This document shows positions 54,424 through 64,000 of a stretch of DNA of 64,000 bases, in pieces (the first letter of the stretch is position 1; each line of letters starts with the position of its first letter). The position numbers were made by a program, and so were the translations under genes. The notes under the pieces are model-generated. The model saw only the letters and a list, made by a program, of their open reading frames with translations, ran no database searches and was not told the origin of the DNA. This DNA comes from Octopus sinensis (lineage: Eukaryota), in contig NC_042998.1 of assembly GCF_006345805.1 (NCBI RefSeq), forward strand, positions 200,322,001-200,386,000, read 5' to 3'.

Positions 54424-54959
54424 TCTCTGTTCGCTTAATATTAAATGCCATTTTGCAAGAAACGGTATTTCAGTTTCCGTCATTATCCATCTTCCCAATG
54501 CAAGCTAACAAACTTGAAATTCGCAATTTCTAGCCCAACCACCATGACTGAAACATATAAAAGTCACAAAAGAAACGAAAACTACAAAAACTAAAAATCC
54601 ATCAAATTTGACGACTGTACATTGTCATTGTTTTTATATTTACAGATTGCGAAAAAATATTCACCTGTTTGACCGTTACCATGACAACTATATCAAAATG
54701 TATAGTATTACGCAGCATTGCATCTATTATCACAATCATTACCACTTGCTAAATTGACGTTGCACAGCACACTCATACGAGGAGAGCCCACACACTAACA
54801 AATTAAACTTATGTATTGTTATTTGCTTCTATTCATAAAGACGAAAAAGAAATGTTACATACCGACACGTCAACAGAATAACGCTTCGAGCCACTTCTCA
54901 CGAAGGAAAACAAGCAATCTTTTACACAACCTACTAAGCAAAACTAACTTTTCCATCTG

Positions 54960-54961
<2 letters not shown>

Positions 54962-55042
<81 letters not shown>

Positions 55043-55156
55043 AGAGAGAGAGAGAGAGAGAGAAACAGAGAGAGAGGAGAGAGAGAAACAGAGAGAGAGA
55101 GAGGAGAGAGAGAAAGTGCGAGAGAGAAATAGATAGATAATGTATGCATATATATA

Positions 55157-55187
<31 letters not shown>

Positions 55188-55190
55188 TAT
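54962..55190. repeat. (TA)n-(GA)n-(TG)n compound microsatellite
   Basis: Direct reading. Confidence 0.95.
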
Positions 55191-55560
55191 TCATACACAT
55201 ATATGTGCATATATCTAATATAATAAACGCGAAAACTAATTTCTATGTGTCAGTGTGTCACACTTTGACCTCCCTCTCACTATACAGTGACACTTCCTCG
55301 TGCTTGGGTGGGAGTAGTAGTAAGCATGGAGCCGGTGATGGTGGTGGTTATGAGAGTGAGAGAGAGTGGCGAGGAGAACAAGAGAGACAAAGAAAATTAG
55401 AGAGAATTCCTGATATTTTATTAAGACGAGTAGTGTTGATGGTGGCAATAGTAGTAATAAGAGAGAGAGGAAGAGTGTGTGTGTGATAGAAGAAGAGGGA
55501 GATGATGTACAACTTTCTTAGACAGAAATTCCTGTGGTCAGCATAGTGAAACAACTACTG

Positions 55561-55845
55561 GATATTATCATTTTTGTTTTATTTTTTCCCCAGCCATGAA
55601 GTTGTTTTTGAAAGGAAATTGTTTCCCACATGATGCAGCCTTGATTTCTGAAGTCACGTTGCGGTTAGAAGACCAAGCTGGGGTCTTCTACAAAAACGGT
55701 CTCCAGAGCTGCATCAAACGATAGGAGAAATTGCGTAACTCTCGGTGGTTCCTTTGTAGAAAAAGACTAATAACTGCGCCAAGTTTCGTTGCTCTACTGC
55801 TATGGGAAGTGAGTCAGGGGCATTACTTATTGAACGCCCCTCGTA
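55561..55845 (+). mobile_element. 3' fragment of a second mariner family (transposase C-terminus plus right TIR)
   Basis: PAMKLFLKG..F....EV...L..Q...FYKNGLQSCIKR*EK.V...GSFVEKD*, then ttattgaacgcccctcgTA, a mariner-type TIR end. Confidence 0.85.
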
Positions 55846-56809
55846 TTTGTATATATGTAAAAACTTGAAGTTTAAGATACGGATACAGGGATCCATACCT
55901 CACCCACCATTATAAGAGATAACAATAACCTGAGGCTGGCGGTTGAAGCAGATGACATAATTCTATAAATATAAACTGTGACAAATAACCTCCCCACTTC
56001 TTTCCCTTACTTTTTTTTTTACTATCCTCATTTCCTTAATTACTTTGGCAGTTGATGTATTTGACTTCGAAGATGATGGCAAACCTCTCACTCGAGTTGA
56101 CTGAAACATGAACGTATTAAAAGCAATTAGAATTAGCTGCTAGCCTGTAATGCCCAAACAAGTGTTTAAAAACCTGATATTCATGCCTTTTATATACATC
56201 TATACACAAACACACACACACACGAGCATGAGCGCATATAGATACGCGCACACGCATTAGTGTTTGCCAAAAACAAACGGGATTCTGGCTGATGGATAAT
56301 CTTTTACTCCTTTTTTCCATTCTGCAGTTATCCCACTTTTTTCAAATATTTGCGTGTGTATGTGTGTGTATTTGTCCGCGTATCTGCGCGTGCATATGCA
56401 TCTGTGTGTGTGTAATCATTTATATGCAGAGAAAGCATTTAATTTTTATTGAATGCATAAAAAATCATTTTACTTTCTTTGTGATTGCACGGAAATTGAC
56501 TAAAGTCCCGCACCAAAGCATTTTATGTCTTTTGCCAATGTTTGGAATAAAATATTCTAAGATGGCAAAACGGAATTTTATTCTTTATTTTGCGTACATT
56601 AATTTCTGCGATACAAATTTTCCATCAACGCAGCCTCTACGTCCGATGTCAATGAGAGTGAGAGGTTTAAGGTTTTCAAGTAGGTTACAAGCAACAAAAA
56701 TGGCAATGTTAGGAAGATAAATATATGTAACCTAATGTAAAAAAGGTTGTTAGCTAACCTCCAACAATTAATTAATATGGTACATATGAGGGCATAATTA
56801 TTGTTGCAA

Positions 56810-57170
56810 GTGACTGTTATCAGTATGCTTACGAACCACATGGTTCCGAGTTCAATCCCATTACGTGGCACCTTGGGCAAGTGACTTCTACTATAGCCTC
56901 GGGCCGACCAATGCTTGTGAGTGGATTTGGTAGACGGAAACTGAAGGAAACCCGTGGTATATATGTACATATGTATGTGTGTGTGTATATATGTTTGTGT
57001 GTCTGTGTTTAACTTAGGGGTTCGGCAAAAGAGAAATTTAGAATAAATACTAGGCTTACAAAGAATAAGTCATGGGGTCGATTTGCTCGACTACAGGCCA
57101 TGGTCGAGCATGGCAACAGTCAAATGACTGAAACAAATAGAAGAGTAAAAGAATAAAGAGTAAAGAGTAA
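56810..57170 (+). mobile_element. Family C SINE, diverged and internally deleted
   Basis: ccacatggttccgagttc..ttgggcaagtg..gatttggtagacgg..gactgaaacaa, with a (TAAAGAG)n-like tail. Confidence 0.85.
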
Positions 57171-57820
57171 AATGTATAACGAAATGTTCATTTTAAATAG
57201 TTGCAACAACTCTATAACAGTCTGTCTGTCTATCGCTCTCTAAAACACATACCGATACAATTACAAATGTACACACTATCTAACTAACGCAGTGTGCTTA
57301 TGAATACATGTCCACACAAAGTCATAAGTGATATGTTTGATATGTAGTTGATGACATGCGCCTGCATATGTGGTAGACTCATTAAGGCATTGGATGTATT
57401 GTTTTGAACTATTTCTCTGGTACTGTTGAGATGTGAGTTCGAATCTCTCAAATGATAGCTGCCTTTTCATCATTTTGAAGGCAATGAATAACATGGCATT
57501 TCAAGGCGATTTTATTGGCAGAATACTAAAGTGTCCCAGTTTTTTGTATCCGGAAAGGTTGTTACCCTGTATGTCCGATTCAAAAGGTGATAGATTTTGA
57601 TCGTCTTTAGATTTCACATGTTTCAACATATCACTCTCATATGTCTTAGGAATTATGTAGGGAGTCTTTTACACATTCGAACTCGAAGAATATATATACA
57701 AAGTGATTTTTTATGCATTGATAATGTTTTCATCGGCAATAAAGTTATAATATATACATTGATGCATGCAAAATGGGATGTACATGCATACATATTTATA
57801 TACACATATATATATATATA

Positions 57821-58023
57821 TATTTCTTTATTACCCACAAGGACAGACATAGGTATTAAATCGATTACATCGACCCCAGTGCGTAACTGGTGCTTAATTT
57901 ATCGACCCCGAAAGGATGAAAGGCTAAGTCGACCTCGGCGGAATTTGAACTCACAACGTAACGGCAGACGAAATACTGCAAAGCATTTCGCCCGGCGTGC
58001 TAACGTTTCTGCCAGTTCGTCGC
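57821..58023 (-). mobile_element. Family A SINE inserted in (TA)n
   Basis: Near-consensus head and core on the minus strand. Confidence 0.9.
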
Positions 58024-59539
58024 ATATACATATATATAGTTGTAATCTTACATTCATACCAATGCATATTAAAACAAGAATGTATCATACAAGGTGACAA
58101 ACGTACATATATATACTCCTGTACATATGTGTGTATGGTGTGTGTAGTGTGTGTGTGTTTGTGTGTGTGTGTGGTGTGTATAAGCAAATAGGTATTTTAT
58201 AAATCTATCTCTAATTATCCATCCATCATAGTAGCAATTCTCCTAAACCTGCAAAAACCAATCTATTCCTCTGTTACACATACACACCTGCACACATGCA
58301 CACACACACACACACACACATGCACATAAACGCACACCCACGCACAGACACACAGACAAACGCACACACATACACACACACAGACACATACTCATTAGAA
58401 AAAAAAACTCGGAAAAGGAAATCTATGAACATATCGCAAAGTTCAAGCTCTGTACTGCAAACGTGAGATATAGAAGCTTGCTTATCTCTGTAATATCACT
58501 TACCAACCAACCAACCAACCAGCCATTCAGAAATCCATCCATCTTTCTCTGTACATGTGGTTGTATGTATGCATGCATGTGTTAGGAGGGAGTGTGTCCG
58601 TGTTGCAGTATACTCATTAAGTTTTTTCTATGTGAGTGCTTCCTTTTATAATTGAAATTAATACCCGTGCATAACATTCGTGGATGTGTATGATGTCTGT
58701 GTCTTGTTTCCTCGTCATACGCTTTCTTTACATGCGTGTAAATTTCCATATTTTCCTACATACACGTTTGACTATTATAGTCACTTGTTCACGATTTTAG
58801 TATTTTCTTTTTTTTTTTTTTTTTCATGTTCCAATTCATTCATCAAATATGAATACGGTTGTGTTGTGTAATTACATTAGGGGTGAGAGGCTATGCGTTT
58901 TCTGCGCTTTTATTTTTGTTCAAGTTAATTATTACTCGAACTTTTGACATTGATAAAGTACAACTAAAATTAAGAATTAATATGGCATTAAGAAAAATGA
59001 TGACAAAGCAAATGTAAAATTATTAGCATAATTGTTAATATTTATATTCTCATAATATCGTAAGGAAGATATGTGGAGTGGAAGAGTTGATGGGTATGCT
59101 AACGGTGAGCAATGAATAAATTGTATTCCTATAGGAACCTAGTTCGGATCTCGATGGCGTTCACTTTGTTGTTCGTTACTATAAAATAGTCAATAGTAAT
59201 ATATAGTTGACGCTTTAGTAGACTAATTTTCCAAACCCAAATGAGAAGAATACTTTCGGGATCAATTCCATAAAGTACGAATCATAAATTAGATCCTATT
59301 GTATCGATTAACCTCTGCATATATTTACACGGACTCCGTGAAATAGACTCCGGTGAATTTTCCCAAATCCTCCATTCCACCCCTCCTAAAACATTCCCCA
59401 CAAAATTTTGTATATTCGGAATCTAATGATATAACACACTTTCGTAGAAAATTTCATTAAAATAATTCCTTTTTTTTTCTGCAAGTTATGAAATATTGTT
59501 TGTCTTCTGTCCAAGCTTGATTTACGTTTTCGCCACCGC

Positions 59540-59860
59540 AACCTCGTTTAGGCTTGGCAGCTCTTCCTCTTTGTTTTCACTGTTCTGTTACAGTTACCAA
59601 TTGTGACCCTCCGAAAAATCCCAAATTTTATTTAATTTGTTTTGCGGGAACAACTGTTTTGTCGAAAGCGTATATTGTTGTTAAATGCTCGAAATACGAG
59701 AGTAGAAAACATACAACAACTGATGAAGGGTTGTCTGTATGTTGTTTGTCTTGTTTTCCATTTGTGCCTTTCGTTGTTCGAAAAAAAAAGTTCATATTCC
59801 ATGTAATCGTACTTCGTATTTTTTTATTGTACACGTTTCGTGACGTCCTGTGCCCACATA

Positions 59861-59875
<15 letters not shown>
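59540..59875 (-). mobile_element. Penelope-like terminal-repeat fragment
   Basis: Minus strand gtcacGAAACGTGTACAATAAA next to (TA)n. Homologous to 48660-48975, 50022-50165 and 33530-33890. Confidence 0.55.
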
Positions 59876-59902
<27 letters not shown>

Positions 59903-61658
59903 ATATATAAATGCGTATAGACGTTAGTATGTACATGTACGTCTGCATATATGCATATATATATATATATATTATTTATGATATATATATAATCGAAGTG
60001 GGGATATCGCTTACGTTAGAAATGCTGGATATTATAATATTTAGAGAAATATATTAAGAATTAAATAGATAAAACTGACTATGTATAAAAAGAATATGTT
60101 TTCAAAGATGAAGCTTGAAGATATACTCAACAATACTGAAAATCAAATTTGGTATAGAGTCATATAAATATATTTTAAAAAACAAAAACATATTCGAACG
60201 TAATTATCTCAAAAAGGCAAATTGATTATTCTAGTCAGTAGCCTCTATAGCTAAAAGGAATGCAAGAAAGTTAAAAACAGCAAGTAAAAACACTCGGACA
60301 GAGATTAATTATATTAAACCAAGGCTTCAAAATACGAACAACTATTGAACAAACGCGATAGACGAAATGCTTAATATTTGCAAAAGTCTGGAAATTTCTA
60401 CTAGTATTTAAGCCTCAAAATTGAAAAAAAATAATGATGCTTTTAAAATCTGTTAAGTAACATTTCTACTTTAACTACACAACACCTTTACTTCTTTTTG
60501 CGAAATACTGCATTCATTTTGCTTAAAAAGATCAATTACTGATAAAATCAGCAGCAACAAAAAACAAATCATTACTAAGAAAATCATAGAAGTTTTCTCT
60601 GAAGACAATTGCTAGAAATGCTTACACATGGATTCTGAATAGATTTCCTATGACTCTAGTAGAGATAATAATAAGTAGGTATATAAATCATATCACAGCT
60701 AGTAGTGCAGGCTGAGATAAAATATGAAACAGTCAAATCAAATATAATCTTCACTGAAAGAGGAAAAGTATGAAGGAATTCTTTCTCTGTAAATTTCCTG
60801 TCCGGTGCTAAGCGTGATGGAGGCAATTAATCTAGAAAGACAATAAACCATCAACTTGCAAATCAGGAAGTGAATCTTATATGCATTTCAAAGATTAGAT
60901 TTCCGGTCGTGCAGTCAACCGAAAGTGTTACTCACTGAAATATGGAGTTAACTTTCCACTTACAACTTTAACGTAATCATTTAGAGAAATTGACAGTGTT
61001 ACAAGATTCGATCCATTAACTCATATGTCTAAACTTTGTACTCATTTTCGATGCAATTTCACTTATATAGGCTTAGATTGATACGAGGCTATGGCATAAG
61101 AGCTTTGGTCAAAAATACTAGCAATGTGACTAAAGCATAGAAAACGATATCGGGCCACAAACCTCTCTAATAATAGGCCATGCATGAGCCCGAAGCAACG
61201 TTTTATAAATAACACGCAACTAGAAATTTCGTTGCAAACAGGATGTATATAAATAAATAGATTGAAGAGAATACCATTGAGAAGACTTTGTACTCTTAGG
61301 AAAGAAGCCAATGAAACTTTCAGAAGGAATATTATAGAGGCTTTAGATTAATGTCTGACAAGAAGCTAAATACTGATTTTCAATCTTGGTTGAAGACCTG
61401 CAATTTTGAGGGGCGGGATGAAGAATGAAAGGCAAATTAGGCCTGGGTGGAATTTGAAATTAAACGTAAAAGTTAGATGAAATACTGTTATGTCATACCT
61501 AGTCTTGTTTGTATGTATGTATGTATGTATGCACGTATATTTATATATATATATATATATATAGTCAATAAGTAAGGATAAAATTAATTAATTATCAATT
61601 AATTTGTCCGAGCAGTGTTCGGTATGTAAAACGACCTTTTACGGTATATTTGAAATGC

Positions 61659-62098
61659 TACTTTATAAAAATAGGGTAAAGTAAAATAATTTACTTTACC
61701 ACATACGTGGGTGGACAGGGAGAATACTAGATCTCATTTGTATTTTTGGATTCGCTGGTACTGGTGGTCTGGCATGGTTTGTCCCGTGTTACCAATATCG
61801 GACGGGTATGTTTGATTTTTAGTACTTTCAAAGCCAAATCAGAAGAAATCTCTGAGCTGATGAAGGAAATGTTGGCATTTAGTTAACTAATCCAGAAACA
61901 GGCTTGTCCTCGGGTGATCTCATATGGATGTGATATTTCGTTGGTTTTCCCTTATATCTATGTGAATTATTTCTGAGTATGCATTGTCTGGGAGACCTTT
62001 CTTGCAGTAGAAGAAATAGCCAAATTTTTGGCCTTTTATTTCTAAAAAGCTCGGTATGTGGTAAAGTAAATTATTCTACTTTACCCTATTTTTATAAA

Positions 62099-62101
<3 letters not shown>
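61659..62101 (+). mobile_element. 443-bp cassette with 48-bp terminal inverted repeats (1 mismatch)
   Basis: 61659-61706 is the reverse complement of 62054-62101. Each arm contains its own 11-bp hairpin ggtaaagtaaa-NNNN-tttactttacc (one mismatch in the right arm). Confidence 0.85.
61854..61911 (+). ncRNA. Type I hammerhead-like motif (variant stem II closure)
   Basis: GAG-CTGATGA-A-GGA...TCC-A-GAAAC-AGGCTT-GTC-CTC: stem I GAG/CTC, stem III ACAG/TTGT, GUC triplet at 61906-61908. An A.A apposition replaces the usual G10.1-C11.1 pair. Confidence 0.55.
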
Positions 62102-62139
<38 letters not shown>

Positions 62140-62145
62140 CATATA

Positions 62146-62266
62146 TTGGCCTGTTCGCTCAGCCAGCGGGGTGGCGTCACTTGATGGGTAAAACAATGCG
62201 AAGCGCATTGTGACCAGCGATGCGTAGCAACATCTGATATCCTAGTCGGTCACGTGATCACGTGAT
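62146..62266 (+). mobile_element. 3' tail fragment of a SINE/LINE ending in (CACGTGAT)2
   Basis: Recognised repeat-like 3' terminus flanked by (TA)n; family not verified. Confidence 0.45.
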
Positions 62267-62338
62267 ATATACATATATATATATATTATTGGTGAATTGA
62301 AGAAGTGGAGCTGAACGCAGATTGAACAGAAATCGTTT

Positions 62339-62431
62339 TATTTCATTCTACACGTGTTTCGAAAGGCACAATTTACCAAAATCCGATTGAATAATGGGAC
62401 CATATTGTGTCTTTCTCTTCAGGAAGAAATA
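62339..62431 (-). ncRNA. Type I hammerhead ribozyme, left-arm copy
   Basis: Reverse complement of 62528-62620, with a perfect stem II GAAAG/CTTTC. Confidence 0.8.
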
Positions 62432-62527
62432 GGAAATCCGTTGGGTTTCGCCATGGGCTCTTAGGAGCCTAGTTCGATTTGTTTTGCTCCGCCTCTGTTC
62501 TGTTTTTGTTTTTTCCAACGGATTTCC

Positions 62528-62620
62528 TATTTCTTCCTGAAGAGAAAGACACAATATGGTCCCATTATTCAATCGGATTTTGGTAAATTGTGCTTTTCGA
62601 AACACGTGTAGAATGAAATA
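62528..62620 (+). ncRNA. Type I hammerhead ribozyme, right-arm copy
   Basis: Stem I TATTTCTTC/GAA(T)GAAATA; CTGAAGA 62537-62543; stem II GAAAG..CACAAT/ATTGTG..CTTTTC with G10.1-C11.1; GAAA 62599-62602; palindromic stem III ACACGTGT; GUA triplet with predicted cut after 62610; AATAAA at 62617-62622. Confidence 0.8.
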
Positions 62621-62830
62621 AAACGATTTCTGTTCAATCTGCGTTCAGCTCCATTTCTTCAATTCACCAATAATATTTTAATTTCAATTATCCGCACCAA
62701 CGCACGGTTGCAACACCATATGGTTGTACCTCCAACCGTGTTGTTTACTGCTGTGATTTTTGCTACCAAGGCATCGGTTAAACTCTTGATTAATCTACTA
62801 CAAGATTATTCATCTTTCTATTTCACACAC

Positions 62831-62864
<34 letters not shown>

Positions 62865-64000
62865 CATATATATGCGATCGCTTTGATCTCTGTATCATCG
62901 TTGTATACAATGTTCCTCTGGCTGATCCGTTCTGGTTACGCAACCAACTTTCCTTGTATCGTAATGTGCTGTGATTTTTAACAAATGAAATGTATATGAA
63001 TATATAAGCTCATGATATAATTAGTGTTATACATACATACATATACATGTATATGTCTATACATATATATATATATATACTTATATGTGTGTCTGTGTAT
63101 GTGCACATGTATGTACGCGCATGCTTCCATGTGTATTATATGATTATGACTGTATGTCAAAAGTTAGTTGTCACCAGCAGAATATTAAAATTCTACAGTT
63201 TTATTTTGATATATACATGTTTCACAGAATCATTAAATGCTACTGAAAAGTTTACTTAACCTTATTTGAATTTCTGCTCACCAGGATGAACCAATCTGAG
63301 CTCAGAGATTGAAATGACTCATATATCTACAATATATGTATATATGAATCGGTCCAAAGTTCCAATCAATCGGATTGAAGAGTGGCTGGCTACTTATGCA
63401 TTAATACTTTTTTACTCATGTCATTGCGGATCCGGTGAGCAAAGATTAGTTGAATGATTTTATAAATATTTATATTTGTACTTTTATATATGTGTGAATA
63501 TTTGCATGTGTATCTCTATGTGTGTGTGCGCTCAAGCGTGTATCTGTGTGTGTGTATGTTTGTGTGTGTACGAATGAAAATATTGCTCGGTTCACGTATG
63601 GCATTTTCCAGTGGTGCTACAGCGTGACCACAACCACATGGTTGAAACGAATATGAATCAAAATGACTAGGATATTCATTATGGTGTATGGTTTCTGTAT
63701 CCAATTGAGTCTTGTGTTTTTCTTAGCATTTATGATATACATAGGACAGTAATATTTCTATTTAGTTTCCTGTTTTGAAATTTTGCTTATCAACTTTGTC
63801 GAGAACAAGGTTGTAAACAACATTTTATAATATTTATGGCATAATATCTTGCAGACACTACTTCAATTCATACATCTACCTTACGCTTGTGTTTGTTTAC
63901 TATATTGACTTGAATTATTAGATAAAGTAATTATCAGCATCACGTTTTAATCTTATATATTTTACAGATAACGTTTTGCTACCAATGTAAATACACACAC

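Larger units (their letters stand above)
62283..62676. repeat. Long inverted repeat: 162-bp arms, 2 mismatches, 70-nt spacer
   Basis: Arms 62283-62444 and 62515-62676 compared base by base. Mismatches at 62305/62654 and 62365/62594 are both G.T on the + strand. Confidence 0.98.

Noticed and set aside
7132-58023. Repeated A-box/B-box tRNA-like heads and dispersed repeated cores as tRNA genes or a CRISPR array
   Set aside because: Heads do not fold into cloverleafs and run into SINE cores and tails with TSDs. The repeats are dispersed, not regularly spaced with unique spacers, and no cas genes are present.
59686-59732. GAAA...CTGATGA order (also about 33645-33690 minus) suggesting a type II hammerhead
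   Set aside because: Stems I and III cannot be paired around a valid NUH triplet in either copy.
1201-63704. Numerous ORFs rich in YI/CV/HT/ER dipeptides or homopolymeric residues
   Set aside because: They are translations of (TA)n, (TG)n, (CA)n, (GA)n, (TAGA)n and trinucleotide microsatellites, which lack stops in some frames.

Overview
AT-rich eukaryotic (metazoan) DNA dominated by repeats. The SINE families, microsatellite density and TE mix resemble a cephalopod (Octopus-like) genome; this is pattern recognition, not a database match. I found no intact, confidently identifiable host protein-coding gene, and most ORFs in the supplied track are translations of (TA)n/(TG)n/(TAGA)n arrays. 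Supported content: a decayed mariner with both TIRs plus a second mariner 3' end; two tandem R4/Dong-like (RLE-type) LINE remnants; a CR1/L2-type LINE 3' end; a zinc-knuckle ORF1 remnant; two non-autonomous Helitrons with canonical termini; about 20 tRNA-derived SINE copies in three families; and many Penelope-like (PLE) fragments. The most notable structure is at 61.6-62.7 kb. A 162-bp near-perfect inverted repeat (2 mismatches) carries a complete type I hammerhead ribozyme core in each arm. Next to it is a 48-bp-TIR cassette with a third hammerhead-like motif. Variant-core hammerhead motifs occur elsewhere in PLE termini. A few isolated exon candidates and decayed coding-like stretches are reported at low confidence. 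Boundaries of degenerate elements are approximate.
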